A stretch of DNA of 64,000 bases from an uncultured Solirubrobacterales bacterium (GCA_963760545.1 CAVXDH010000002.1:551699-615698), one strand, 5' to 3'; positions 26,754 through 39,878 are shown, counted from the stretch's first letter. The notes: a model not told the origin generated them from the sequence alone. Translations and numbers: made by a program.

Positions 26754-27866
26754 CTAGACGCCTGAGGGTCGGCCGGCCAGAGGTACCGTGAGCCGCATGA
26801 TCGCGCCTCCTCCTGGCGCCGATACCAGCTCCAGCTCGCCTCCCACCAGCTCGGCGCGCTCGCGCATCCCCGAGACGCCGAATCCGCCCTTTAGTTCGTC
26901 CTCGGGCGTGCGCGGTCTCGACGCTCCACTCTGGGGTAGGCCTTCGCCGTCGTCGGTGACGGCGGCCGTAATGGCGCCGTCACGCTCGGTGACACTGATC
27001 GTCGCACGCGTGGCTTTTGCGTGGCGGCTCACGTTCGTGAGCGCCTCCTGCACGATGCGATAGAGAGTGCTCTCAAGCTCGGGGTCCAGGCGACGATCAC
27101 CGTCCGCAAGCTCGATCTCAGTTTGGATCTCCAGGCCGTCGATCGCCTGAGCCCTCCGCGCAAGCGCCTCCAGCGCCGGCACGAGGCCAAGATCGTCAAG
27201 CGCGGCAGGACGAAGCTCGGTGATCAGGTGACGCAGGCCGTCTATCTCCTGACCGAGACCCTCCAGGACAGTGTCGACAGCCGCGCTGAGGGCGACCTCA
27301 TCGCCGAGGTCGCGCGCGTTTGCCAGCTGCAGCCGCAGCGCTCCGAGACCCTGAACCGTTTCGTCGTGGATCTCCCTGGCCCAGCGAGTGCGCTCGCGCT
27401 CGCGCGCCTCCATGCCGAAGCGCAATCTGGTGATCTCGACCGAGCGCTCAGCGGCAAGACGCTGTGCGACGCTCGCGGCGAACGCGCTCAGCGCGCGCCT
27501 GTCAGGCTCGCGGAAACCGCTGTCCTCGCGTGCGGCGATCACCAATCCGCCGCCGGCGGGTGGGCCCTCCATGCTGAAGGGCTCGGCCAGCACGGCGCGG
27601 GCTTCCAGGCCCAGTTCGTGCAGCCACGTCGCTTCCTGTCCACGAGGGCGCTCCAGCGAGAGCGGCTTGCCCGCCTTGTAGACGGCGCCAAGGGCGCTGC
27701 CTTCCATCGGCAGCACACGCACCATTACCGACTGTCGACCGCTGGAGGCAGCCACGCGTAGCTCGTGACCTTCCTCGACCACCATTAGCAATGTCGAGGC
27801 GTCGAGCAGCGCGAGACCTCGATCGGCCATCAGACGCAGCAGCCACAGCTCGGACCCGGAGAGCAC
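26754..27866 (-). CDS. cytoplasmic GAF-domain sensor histidine kinase (HisKA_3 type)
   Basis: The H-box is WAREIHDETVQGLGAL. The HATPase motifs are NVSRHAKAT...DDGEG...GFGVSGMRERA. No TM segment. Confidence 0.85.
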   Translation of the reverse strand: MLSGSELWLLRLMADRGLALLDASTLLMVVEEGHELRVAASSGRQSVMVRVLPMEGSALGAVYKAGKPLSLERPRGQEATWLHELGLEARAVLAEPFSMEGPPAGGGLVIAAREDSGFREPDRRALSAFAASVAQRLAAERSVEITRLRFGMEARERERTRWAREIHDETVQGLGALRLQLANARDLGDEVALSAAVDTVLEGLGQEIDGLRHLITELRPAALDDLGLVPALEALARRAQAIDGLEIQTEIELADGDRRLDPELESTLYRIVQEALTNVSRHAKATRATISVTERDGAITAAVTDDGEGLPQSGASRPRTPEDELKGGFGVSGMRERAELVGGELELVSAPGGGAIMRLTVPLAGRPSGV

Positions 27867-27875
27867 GGCGTGGGA

Positions 27876-28448
27876 TTATGACTGCCTGCGCCCCGGCATC
27901 TCGCCAGCGGGGATTTTCGATTCCTCGGAGGGCCCTGGATTGCGCTCCCGCGGGGCGGCGTGTCGCTGGGCGGCAAGCCGAGTCAACGACAGTAGCTGCT
28001 CACCTGTGAGACCCTCACGCCATGCCGCCAGTCCCATCGATATCCGCAGCGGGCGTCGTTGCCCGTCTACGTCGATCTTGATGGCGTGAAGCCTCCCGAG
28101 CGCGCGTCGGGCGACGATCTCTCCACGCCGCTCGTCGGCCCCAGGCAGCACCACCAGTAGCTCTCCCTCGCTGGCATGTCCAACACGATCGAAGCGGCGC
28201 AACTCGGGCCCAAGCGCCGTGCCAAAGTAATCCAGTGCCCTCGCTGGAAGCTCCTCGCCATGGGTGTGCGCGAGCTGATCGACGTCATCGAGGCTCACCA
28301 GCAGGCAGCTGAGGGCGGTGTGGTGGCGTTCGGCGCGACCCACCTCCTCCTCCAGCCGTGCCGCGAGCTCTGCCTTGGAGAGACAGTTGCGCCCGGCTCG
28401 CGTCGAGCGGGCGTAGTCATGGGAGTGCGGGGGGTCGATGGCAGCCAT
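27876..28448 (-). CDS. GGDEF-like domain protein with degenerate active site
   Basis: LLVSLDDVDQLAHTHGEE...RFDRVGHASEGELLVVLPGAD aligns to the GGDEF fold, but SEGEL replaces GGDEF. Confidence 0.55.
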   Translation of the reverse strand: MAAIDPPHSHDYARSTRAGRNCLSKAELAARLEEEVGRAERHHTALSCLLVSLDDVDQLAHTHGEELPARALDYFGTALGPELRRFDRVGHASEGELLVVLPGADERRGEIVARRALGRLHAIKIDVDGQRRPLRISMGLAAWREGLTGEQLLSLTRLAAQRHAAPRERNPGPSEESKIPAGEMPGRRQS

Positions 28449-28661
28449 GCCGATATGGGAGACGAGCAGCGCTAGGAGAAGCCATCTGTGGCGGATCTTT
28501 GCGGTTGCCCTCAGATTATGGACTTATCCCAGCCGTGACGCCACGGGGGCATGGCGTGCATCGGCGCGTGTGGACCAGGACCGTAGGGACGACTCGCATC
28601 TTGTCAGCCCTGAGACCCTGCGACACACGATCCGTCGGTGCTCACTGGTACACCTGTGCGT

Positions 28662-30362
28662 GTGCTGTGCGAATTGCGTGTCGAGAACCTGCTGCTGATC
28701 GAGCGAGCCGAGCTTTGCTTTGGCCCTGGCCTGAACGTGCTCACCGGCGAGACGGGCGCGGGCAAGACGGTGCTGGCCCACGCGTTGGACCTTTTGATGG
28801 GCGGACGCTCGCGCAGCGGAATCGTCAGACCTGGCGCCGAGGAGGCTTACGTGGAGGGAGCCTTCGCGGTGCCCGAGCGTTTGCGCGCGGAGGTCGCGCA
28901 GCTGTTGCCCGACGGCGCTCGTGCAGAAGCCGACCCGCGCGAGTTGACCCTTGCCCGTCGTGTGTGCGCCGACGGTCGCACGCGCGCCTACATCAACGCT
29001 CGCGCCGCCACGGTCGGTGATCTGCGCGAGCTGGGGTCACGACTGATCTCTTTCTACGGCCAGCATGAGCATCGTAAGCTGGTGCTGGCAGGTGCACAAC
29101 TGCAGATGCTCGACGAGGTTTGTGGAGCAGAGCACGCGCAACGACTGGAAGCGTGCGCAGCGGCCTATCGTGATACTCGCAAGTTGGAGTCCGATCTCAA
29201 AGGCTTGCATGAGCTTGGAGAAGCGCGCGAGCGCGAGCTCGAGCTGTTGGAGCACGAGCTCTCCGAGATCGATGGGCTCGCTCCCGACGAGCAGGAGCAT
29301 CAAACGCTGCTGAGGAGCCGAGATCGCCTGCGCAAGTTGGAGGCACTGTGCACAGCCGCGGGCGCGGCCACGGATGCACTGGCGCCGGACGCCTCAGAGG
29401 GAGCTGGGGCCGCATATCTCCTGGCAGGAGCCGCTGCCAGCCTTCAGAGGGTCGCGGGCGTTGATCCAGATCTCGACGCACTCACCGAGCGCTGCGTAGC
29501 GCTCTCGATCGAGACGCTGGACGTCGCGGGCGAGCTACGCGACCATCGCGAGGCAATCGAATCCGAAGACGGCTCGCTTCAAACCGTCGAGGAGAGACTT
29601 GCAGCGCTCGAGCGCACCATGCGCAAGCACGGCGGCACGATCTCCTCGGTCCTGCGGTACGCCGAACAGGCGCGCGCGCGGCGCGAGGAGCTGCTGGGAG
29701 CCGAGCTGGCACAGACGCAGATCGACAGGCGCCTGGCCACACAACGCGAGCTTCTACACCAGCACGTTAAAGCGCTGCGCGAGCAGCGCGAGCAAGCCGC
29801 CGCACGGCTGGCGGAGGGGGTGCGCGAGCAGCTCGCGGCGCTTGCAATGCCGGATGCGACATTCGAAATCGCACTGACTCCCATAGAGGCGAAAGCCAAC
29901 GGAGGCGACACGGCTGAGTTCGTGATCGCACCGAACCCGGGAGTCGCAGCTGCCCCATTGCGTGAGATTGCCTCAGGCGGCGAGCTATCGCGTGTGATGC
30001 TCGCACTCACAAGCGCAAGCAACGAAGGAGCTGAGAGCACCGGGGGCTCGTCCAAGTCGACGCTCGTGTTCGACGAGATCGACGCTGGAATCGGAGGCCA
30101 CACCGCGCGAGCGGTCGGCGAGCGGCTGCAAAGCCTTGCCGAGAACAGGCAGATCCTGTGTATCACCCACCTACCGCAGATCGCCTCGCTTGCGGGCCGC
30201 CATTTCTCGGTGAGCAAGGACACCTCAGCCGACCCAACCGTCGCCACCGTCGTGCAGCTCGCCGAGCGCGAGGTCGTCGCAGAGCTCGTGCGAATGCTTG
30301 GCGCCGAGGACCAGGATGCAGCGGCTCGTCGTCACGCCCGAGATCTCCGCCGCGCCGCCTGA
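28662..30362 (+). CDS. recN: DNA repair protein RecN
   Basis: LCELRVENLLLIERAELCFGPGLNVLTGETGAGKT, a long coiled coil, and the C-terminal SGGELSRVMLAL...LVFDEIDAGIGG. An alternative GTG start lies at 28638. Confidence 0.9.
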   Translation: MLCELRVENLLLIERAELCFGPGLNVLTGETGAGKTVLAHALDLLMGGRSRSGIVRPGAEEAYVEGAFAVPERLRAEVAQLLPDGARAEADPRELTLARRVCADGRTRAYINARAATVGDLRELGSRLISFYGQHEHRKLVLAGAQLQMLDEVCGAEHAQRLEACAAAYRDTRKLESDLKGLHELGEARERELELLEHELSEIDGLAPDEQEHQTLLRSRDRLRKLEALCTAAGAATDALAPDASEGAGAAYLLAGAAASLQRVAGVDPDLDALTERCVALSIETLDVAGELRDHREAIESEDGSLQTVEERLAALERTMRKHGGTISSVLRYAEQARARREELLGAELAQTQIDRRLATQRELLHQHVKALREQREQAAARLAEGVREQLAALAMPDATFEIALTPIEAKANGGDTAEFVIAPNPGVAAAPLREIASGGELSRVMLALTSASNEGAESTGGSSKSTLVFDEIDAGIGGHTARAVGERLQSLAENRQILCITHLPQIASLAGRHFSVSKDTSADPTVATVVQLAEREVVAELVRMLGAEDQDAAARRHARDLRRAA

Positions 30363-30421
30363 GACATTTTGCGTTAGCGGTCCTGAGCGCAACGAGCGCC
30401 TGAGCGTTACTCTCGGTTTCA

Positions 30422-31648
30422 ATGGCTATGACCCGGCAGCCGCCAGGTACGAGCATGCCGGTCTTCGGGGCACTGCCCACGCCCTCGCTCGAGGTCAGCG
30501 GTCCCGTGCGACTCGGACGCAAGACCAAGCTGCTTGTGAGGCATCTCGTGGCGGGCGACATCGCCGTGATCGACCACTTGGACATCGACCGGGTCTCGGC
30601 GGAGGAGCTGATCTCCGCGGGCGCCATGGCTGTACTCAACTGCCGTGCGTCAACCAGTGGCTCCTACCCAAACCTTGGACCGCAACTGCTTGTGGAAGCG
30701 GGGGTGCTGCTGCTCGATCTTCCCGACGACTCTTTGTTTGACCTGCTCTCCGATGGCGATCCTGTGAGCGTGCGCACCGCGGGCTCCAGCACACACGGCG
30801 AAGTCCTCCACAAGGGTCGGACGCTCGTGTCGGGAGAAATACTCGACGTGGCGCGCGTGCGCGCCGAGACCGAGGCGCGCCGGCGCGAGATCGGAGAGGC
30901 ACTTGAGCGCTTTGCGCATAACACGATCGAGCACATGCGCGAGGAGCGCGAGCTGCTTGCGGGCCGGATCGATCTGCCGCGCTTTCGCACGGACTTTCGC
31001 GATCGCTCGGCGCTTGTCGTGGTGCGAGGCGTGGATCACCAGCGCGATTTGCGTGCGCTGCGGTCGTTCATCAGGGACACGCGCCCGGTGCTCGTGGCGG
31101 TCGATGGCGGCGCCGACGCGCTGCTTGAGGCCGGATATACGCCCACGATGATCTTGGGCGACATGGACTCAGCCAGCGAGGCGGCACTACTGACAGCGCG
31201 CGACGGGGGCACCGAGCTGGTCGTGCACTCCTATCCCGACGGTCGCGCTCCCGGCAAGCGTCGCCTTGAAGATCTCGATGTGCCGTTCAAGCTCGTGCCG
31301 GCGCCCGGGACCAGCCAGGACGTGGCGATGCTGGTCGCCGCTGAGAAGGGGGCGCGACTGATCGTGACCGTGGGCTCCCAGTTCAACCTGGTCGAGTTTT
31401 TGGATCGCAACCGCGAAGGCATGTCCTCAACCTTTCTCACACGCTTGCGCATTGGCGAGATCCTTGTCGATGCGAAGGGTGTGAGTCGCCTATATCGACC
31501 GATGCCTGGTCTCGCTCCACTGGTGGTGGTGATCGTGGCCGGCCTGCTCGCGCTGATCGCTGTTGTGTGGCTGACCCCGGCCTTGCACGACGTGCTGGAT
31601 CTACTATGGCTCAAGCTGCAGCTGCTGCTTGGATCGGGCAGCAGCTGA
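30422..31648 (+). CDS. steA: SteA-like protein (thiamine-pyrophosphokinase-fold, actinobacterial recN-neighbour)
   Basis: Conserved position after recN, MILGDMDS motif, C-terminal TM. Confidence 0.7.
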   Translation: MAMTRQPPGTSMPVFGALPTPSLEVSGPVRLGRKTKLLVRHLVAGDIAVIDHLDIDRVSAEELISAGAMAVLNCRASTSGSYPNLGPQLLVEAGVLLLDLPDDSLFDLLSDGDPVSVRTAGSSTHGEVLHKGRTLVSGEILDVARVRAETEARRREIGEALERFAHNTIEHMREERELLAGRIDLPRFRTDFRDRSALVVVRGVDHQRDLRALRSFIRDTRPVLVAVDGGADALLEAGYTPTMILGDMDSASEAALLTARDGGTELVVHSYPDGRAPGKRRLEDLDVPFKLVPAPGTSQDVAMLVAAEKGARLIVTVGSQFNLVEFLDRNREGMSSTFLTRLRIGEILVDAKGVSRLYRPMPGLAPLVVVIVAGLLALIAVVWLTPALHDVLDLLWLKLQLLLGSGSS

Positions 31649-31681
31649 GAGCGACAGTACCCTCACGGCCCCACCCTGCAG

Positions 31682-32563
31682 ATGTTCGACTATCGCTATC
31701 ACGCGCTTTCGCTAGCCGCCGTTCTGTTCGCCCTGACGGTCGGCGTGCTGATCGGCGTGGCGATCGGCGACTCGAACCTCGTGTCCTCGGCTCAAAACGG
31801 GATTGTGCGCAACCTGCGCTCTGAAGTCGGCGATTCCCAGCATGACCTGGAACAGGTGGGGAACAAGCTCTCCGAACAGGAAACGCTGTCTGCGGGCTTG
31901 TGGCCGTTTGCCGTGCACGACCTGCTTACCGGCAGGAGTATCGGCCTTGTGTTTCTCGGCAACTCCTCAGATCAGGTCGACTCCTCTGTGCGCGACGGCA
32001 TTGGAGAGGCGGATGGCAATGTAAAGGCCGTTGTGGCTGTGCGCGAGCCGCTCGAACTGAGCAGCATCGCCTCACAGGCGAGCGGCACTCGCTATACGAC
32101 ACTCGTCTCTGAACCGGCACTTGTCAGGCAGTTTGGGGTGCGTATAGGCAAGGAGCTGGTCGACGGGGGACAGTTGCTCGAACACGTGCACACAACGCTG
32201 CTCAGCTCCTACGACGGTGAACTCGGCAAGCTAGAGGGGGTCGTTGTGATGCGTAGCGAACCCACCGGCATGAACGCCGAAGCGACGAAGAGCACCGCTG
32301 AATTCGAGTCGGGGTTGATCGCCGGGGTGGTCTCCGAAGGGGTCCCGGCTGTTGGCGTGGAGCTGAGCAGCACGGAACCCTCGCAAGTCTCCTGGTACAA
32401 GAGCGAGAACATGGCAAGCGTCGACAATGTCGAAACGGTCGCGGGACGGGCAGCGCTCGCGCTCGCGCTCGCCGGAGCCCACAGCGTTCGCGGGGCTTAC
32501 GGCAGCAAGTCGACCGCCGAAGCCCTCCTGCCGTCTGTGACGAGCGTGTTTGGTCCCAGCTGA
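31682..32563 (+). CDS. copper transporter MctB/SteB-like membrane protein
   Basis: MFDYRYHALSLAAVLFALTVGVLIGVAIGDS resembles the remembered Rv1698-family N-terminus. Positioned after steA. Confidence 0.65.
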   Translation: MFDYRYHALSLAAVLFALTVGVLIGVAIGDSNLVSSAQNGIVRNLRSEVGDSQHDLEQVGNKLSEQETLSAGLWPFAVHDLLTGRSIGLVFLGNSSDQVDSSVRDGIGEADGNVKAVVAVREPLELSSIASQASGTRYTTLVSEPALVRQFGVRIGKELVDGGQLLEHVHTTLLSSYDGELGKLEGVVVMRSEPTGMNAEATKSTAEFESGLIAGVVSEGVPAVGVELSSTEPSQVSWYKSENMASVDNVETVAGRAALALALAGAHSVRGAYGSKSTAEALLPSVTSVFGPS

Positions 32564-32588
32564 GGGGCTGGCTGCCCGCGCGGATACG

Positions 32589-35415
<2,827 letters not shown>

Positions 35416-35423
35416 GGACAGTT

Positions 35424-36629
35424 ATGCTCAAGTTGCGTAGAGCCACCGTCCTTCGGGCGGGACCTGTCGATGGCCCCGAGCAGGAGCTTGCAATTTCCGC
35501 GGAGGGAGAGCGCCGACCGGCTGTCGCGGATGTCGGTCTGATCGGCCCAAGCCAAATTGGCGACGAGCTGATCGTCAACGTGCAGGCACGCGACCTCGGT
35601 CTTGGCTCAGGTGGCTTTGATGTCGTGCATGTAAACCTGACTCGTGGCCTCTCAAGTGAAGGCCGAGCAGACGCTCATGTGATGAAGCTCAACTACACGA
35701 GCCTGCAGCATGCTGTGCATACGGTCGACGATACGCTGACCGGCACACCCCATGACGGGGCGCACCCTGAAGGGCACAAGCAAGCAGGCGAGCAGCTGCG
35801 CTTGCCGCTGGATGGAGCGGTGGGGGTGCTCGCCTTGCACGGCCAGCTGGCGGCAGTCGCGTGGGCATTTGCCGAGTCAAAGCCAGATGCGACGCTGGGA
35901 TACGTGCAAACGCCAGGTGGGGCATTGCCGGGCGGACATTCGCGTGTCGTGCGAGCACTGCGCGAGCGCGGCCTGCTCGCCGGCCACCTCACCGCTGGAT
36001 CCGCTTATGGAGGGGAGGGGGAGAGCATCAGCACGGCGGGTGCACTACACCACGGACTGCACACACTGGGCTGGGATGCGGCGGTGTGCGGACCTGGTCC
36101 CGGCATAGTTGGTTCGAGCTCGCCGCTCGGCCACGGGGGCATGCACGCGCTCGACTCCGCCCACACAGCGCTCGCGCTTGGGGCACAGACGCTGGTTGTA
36201 GCGCGCATGTCCTCGGCCGATCCACGGCCGCGCCACCGCGGCATCTCCCACCACACGCTGACGGTGCTGGATCTGCTGCTCGAGCCGGTGACCGTGGCGC
36301 TGCCGGCCGGGATACGCTCGCCGGTGGGAGCCGATCTGCGTGCTGGCCTGGGCTCGGTGCTCAGATCCTCTTCGCTGGCATCCTCCTCGCAGCGCGCGAG
36401 GTCTCAGCTCGAGCTCGATGTGGATCGTCCCGCGCGGATGGCACGTCATGATTGGCGGCGCGCCCCAGTCGACATGCCGGCTTACCTCAGGAGTGCCCTG
36501 CCTGCCGAGACTATGGGGCGTGCACTGCTCGAGGACCCGCTGTTCTTTGGCGCCGCGCTTGCGGGTGGAACGGTGCTTGCCGATCTGTGCGAGTGTGCGA
36601 GCGGTCGTGCCGAAAGCCAAGCTCGCTGA
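35424..36629 (+). CDS. conserved hypothetical protein, DUF3866-like
   Basis: The N-terminal barrel-like segment plus LGLGSGGFDVVHVN and HVMKLNYTSLQH resemble my recollection of DUF3866. Unverified. Confidence 0.5.
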   Translation: MLKLRRATVLRAGPVDGPEQELAISAEGERRPAVADVGLIGPSQIGDELIVNVQARDLGLGSGGFDVVHVNLTRGLSSEGRADAHVMKLNYTSLQHAVHTVDDTLTGTPHDGAHPEGHKQAGEQLRLPLDGAVGVLALHGQLAAVAWAFAESKPDATLGYVQTPGGALPGGHSRVVRALRERGLLAGHLTAGSAYGGEGESISTAGALHHGLHTLGWDAAVCGPGPGIVGSSSPLGHGGMHALDSAHTALALGAQTLVVARMSSADPRPRHRGISHHTLTVLDLLLEPVTVALPAGIRSPVGADLRAGLGSVLRSSSLASSSQRARSQLELDVDRPARMARHDWRRAPVDMPAYLRSALPAETMGRALLEDPLFFGAALAGGTVLADLCECASGRAESQAR

Positions 36630-36722
36630 GTGCGCTGAGAGAACGCGCTACTAGGAACAGCCGGGCATGAGAGTCGGCTTGCACAGTCAAGGTGCCCTTG
36701 CATACGCAGCGAAACCAGCTAT

Positions 36723-37688
36723 GTGAGTGATTCCTCGACGGGTACAGCCTCTGCTCCGCGTGCGCAGCAGCTGACACTCGACTTCCTGGCATACCTCGAG
36801 CTAGAGCGCGGTCTGTCGCACAACACGCTGAACGCCTACCAATCGGATCTCGCTCAGTTCGGTCGATTTCTCGACAAGCTTGGCGTGTCGCCGCTCGATG
36901 CGCGTCACAGCGATCTCGCCGCGTTTCTCTCCGAGCTTTCCAGCGACGGTAGGGGCCGTCCAGCCGTCTCGCCGGCGACACTGCAGCGCAAGGCGGCTTG
37001 CCTGCGCTCGTTCTACCGCCACCTGCGCCGCGAAGGCTTGGTGGAGCACGATCCCACGACAGATCTGCACGGACCGCCGAAGACCCAGCGGCTGCCAAAG
37101 GTCCTCTCGCGCGAGCAGGTCACGAAGCTGCTGGCCCAGCCGAAGGGTACGGAGCCGCTTGCTTTGCGCGATCGGGCGCTGCTGGAGGTGCTGTATGCGT
37201 GTGGGCTGCGCGTCTCGGAGGCGATCTCGCTCGAGGTGGGTGACGTGGACCTGCAGGAGGGTGTGTTGCGTACCCGCGGCAAGGGTTCTAAGGAGAGGAT
37301 CGTGCCGGTGGGACGCCAGGCCGTGGACGCGCTTGAGCTCTACCTCAGGCGTGCGCGGTCGAAGCTGGTCGGGCTGCGCGTCGAGAGCCATCTGCTGGTC
37401 AACCATCGCGGGTGCGGGCTCACTCGCCAGGGCCTCTACAAGATTGTCCAGAGCTATGCGCGCAGCGCAGGGCTCGCGGAGCTGATGACCCCTCACACGC
37501 TGCGCCATACCTTTGCCACGCACCTGCTTTCCGGAGGGTGCGATCTGCGCTCGCTACAGGAGATGCTTGGTCACGCCGACCTGGCGACCACACAGATCTA
37601 CACACATCTGTCCGCCGAGCGTCTGAAGGATGCTTATTTCGAGGCGCATCCGCGTGCCCACGCGCATACCGCCGGCACCGCCGTCTGA
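36723..37688 (+). CDS. xerD: tyrosine recombinase XerD
   Basis: FLAYLELERGLSHNTLNAYQSDL, then LLEVLYACGLRVSEA, HTLRHTFATHLL and LGHADLATTQIYTH (R-H-R-Y). Confidence 0.85.
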   Translation: MSDSSTGTASAPRAQQLTLDFLAYLELERGLSHNTLNAYQSDLAQFGRFLDKLGVSPLDARHSDLAAFLSELSSDGRGRPAVSPATLQRKAACLRSFYRHLRREGLVEHDPTTDLHGPPKTQRLPKVLSREQVTKLLAQPKGTEPLALRDRALLEVLYACGLRVSEAISLEVGDVDLQEGVLRTRGKGSKERIVPVGRQAVDALELYLRRARSKLVGLRVESHLLVNHRGCGLTRQGLYKIVQSYARSAGLAELMTPHTLRHTFATHLLSGGCDLRSLQEMLGHADLATTQIYTHLSAERLKDAYFEAHPRAHAHTAGTAV

Positions 37689-37778
37689 TCGGTCGAGGCA
37701 CATCGTCTGATCGGCCGAATCAGAAGGATCCGGACCCGTGTGACCGCCGCCGCGATCGCGCCATATCCTAGGCTCCGC

Positions 37779-38639
37779 ATGCCAGAGCTTCCCGAGGTCG
37801 AGACGATCAGACGCCAGCTTGCGCCGCTGGTTGAGGGCCGCACGCTCGAGCACGTGAGCATTCTCGACGGGCGCTGGAGCCGCCCGCTCGCACCTGGGGA
37901 ATTGGAGGATGCGCTCGAGGGTCGCACGGTGGAGCGGCTGGGGCGACGCGGCAAGTATCTGGTGTGGAGCTTGAGCGAGGACGTGCACCTCGCCCAGCAT
38001 CTGCGTATGACAGGGACTGTGCTGTGCGACCCCCATCCCGAGCAGACACATGTGCGTGTGCAGATTCAGTTGAGTGGGGGAGCTCGTCTGGTGATCGTCG
38101 ATCCACGTAGGTTCGGCACGGGCGAGTTGTTGCTCGGGGGAGATGCGCTCGATGATTTCTTTGAGGCACGCCTGGGGCTGGAGCCGCTGGACGAGCGTTT
38201 CACCGCCGAGTACCTGCGGGCGCAGGCGCGTGGGCGCATCGCGCCGATCAAGGCGTTCCTGCTCGACCAGCGGCGCGTGGCGGGTGTGGGCAACATCTAT
38301 GCGGATGAGGCGCTGTACCGGGCCGGCATCCACCCATTGCGGCCGGCCGGTCGCTTGAGCAAAGATCAATACGTGGCGCTCACAGAGGCAGTGATCTGGG
38401 CACTTGAGGCCGGTATCGAGGCGCGCGGAGCTACGATCGACGATTTCCGCCATGTGGATGGCGTGTGGGGCTCATTTCAGGATCGCTTTCAGGTGCACCG
38501 TCGCGAGGGCGAGCCGTGCGCGCGTTGCGCAACGACGATCGTGAAGCTGGTGGCGGCAGGCCGCGGGACGTATGTGTGCGAGACGTGTCAGCCGCCTCCA
38601 CGCGGAGCGCGTGTCGGCGGCGCTCGTCGAGGACGCTAG
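37779..38639 (+). CDS. mutM: formamidopyrimidine-DNA glycosylase
   Basis: MPELPEVETIRRQL with the catalytic Pro2, the H2TH region, and a C-terminal CxxC...CxxC zinc finger (CARCATTIVKL...YVCETCQ). Confidence 0.9.
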   Translation: MPELPEVETIRRQLAPLVEGRTLEHVSILDGRWSRPLAPGELEDALEGRTVERLGRRGKYLVWSLSEDVHLAQHLRMTGTVLCDPHPEQTHVRVQIQLSGGARLVIVDPRRFGTGELLLGGDALDDFFEARLGLEPLDERFTAEYLRAQARGRIAPIKAFLLDQRRVAGVGNIYADEALYRAGIHPLRPAGRLSKDQYVALTEAVIWALEAGIEARGATIDDFRHVDGVWGSFQDRFQVHRREGEPCARCATTIVKLVAAGRGTYVCETCQPPPRGARVGGARRGR

Positions 38640-38701
38640 GGGTGCCTCGGTCGATTCTCAGGCCAAGACCGCTTGGCCTGAGAGCGCGGGGACAGTCCAG
38701 C

Positions 38702-38977
38702 TTAGGCGGTGAGAAGCTCGTCGAGACGGCCGCACTCCAGCGCACTAAGCGTTTCGGAGTATCCGCCAACCAACTTGTCGCCTATGAGCACTTGGGGAAA
38801 GGTCATCATTCCGGTGCGCCCTGCGAGCTCAACGCGTCCCGCGACATCCTTTGAGAGATTGATCTCTGAGAACTCCAGTCCGCGAGCTTTCAACAGGCCC
38901 TTTACACGCGCGCAGAATGAGCAAGGCTCAGTTGTGTAGACGGTGATTTGGGGCACAGCCCTATCCGATGTCTCCAT
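38702..38977 (-). CDS. grxC: glutaredoxin
   Basis: ITVYTTEPCSFCARVKGLL (CxxC) and TFPQVLIGDKLVGGY. Confidence 0.85.
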   Translation of the reverse strand: METSDRAVPQITVYTTEPCSFCARVKGLLKARGLEFSEINLSKDVAGRVELAGRTGMMTFPQVLIGDKLVGGYSETLSALECGRLDELLTA

Positions 38978-39083
38978 TACTTCATAAAGTATAGCAATGA
39001 GAATGTGGTGATCGCAAGAGCCGAAGGGCCATGTCTCGCACACCTTTTGGCTCCGCCGAGTGCGATCTTAGACTCGCAGGTAG

Positions 39084-39878
39084 ATGCCTGGACTGGTCAA
39101 GACTGAAGCCGTCGTGTTGCGCTCGATGCGCTATGGCGAGGCCGACCGGATATTGCACGTGTATACGCCCCATCGTGGACGCGTGAGCGCGATCGCCAAG
39201 GGGGTACGTCGCGCACGCAGCCGCTTCGGAGGTCGTCTGGAGCCGTTCTTCCGTTTGCGGATCGAGTTGCACGAGGGTCGTGGCGAGCTGTTGACGGTGA
39301 CGGGGGCACAGACCGTCGAGGGGCACTCGAATCTGCGTGGGGATGTCCGCGCGCTCGATGCGGCCGCACGCGCATGCGATGCGGTAGGACGCCTGTTTGA
39401 GACCTCAGAGCCACATCCGGGTGTGTTCAACCTGCTGTGTCGCAAGCTCTCGCTGCTCGATCAGAATCCGGCCGAGGCGACGCGCGCGAGCGCTCTGGCA
39501 TTTCGCCTGAAGCTACTGGTAGCAGCGGGACTGGCACCGCAGTTGAGCGCGTGCGCGTGTTGTGGGGGCGGCGAGCATCTGGTCGGCTTCTCCGGAGCGG
39601 CCGGTGGAATCGTGTGCAGCTCGTGCGAGGCCGCCGCGTTCCCGCTGGGCGAGCAGGCTTACGAGTTCATGACCCAAGCGCTCGGGAGTCCACTGAGCGA
39701 GGCGCCGCGGGGCGAGGAGCGGGTGCTCGGTCAGGTCGAGCGCGCCGTGTCTGAGATGCTCGAGCACCATGCGCACGTGCGGCTGATGCCGGCGACCGGT
39801 CGGCGAGCGGCCGGCTCGCAACTCGATCGGGGTCAGTCCGTGGACTCGTCCGCTTCGCTGCCACAATCGGTCACGTGA
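39084..39878 (+). CDS. recO: DNA repair protein RecO
   Basis: TEAVVLRSMRYGEADRILHVYTPHRGRVSAIAKGVRR and a Cys4 zinc motif (CACCG...CSSCE). Confidence 0.9.
   Translation: MPGLVKTEAVVLRSMRYGEADRILHVYTPHRGRVSAIAKGVRRARSRFGGRLEPFFRLRIELHEGRGELLTVTGAQTVEGHSNLRGDVRALDAAARACDAVGRLFETSEPHPGVFNLLCRKLSLLDQNPAEATRASALAFRLKLLVAAGLAPQLSACACCGGGEHLVGFSGAAGGIVCSSCEAAAFPLGEQAYEFMTQALGSPLSEAPRGEERVLGQVERAVSEMLEHHAHVRLMPATGRRAAGSQLDRGQSVDSSASLPQSVT

Noticed and set aside
28449-28661. Search for an SOS box in front of recN
   Set aside because: No GAAC-N4-GTTC motif is present in the 200 bp upstream, so no regulatory site is called there.
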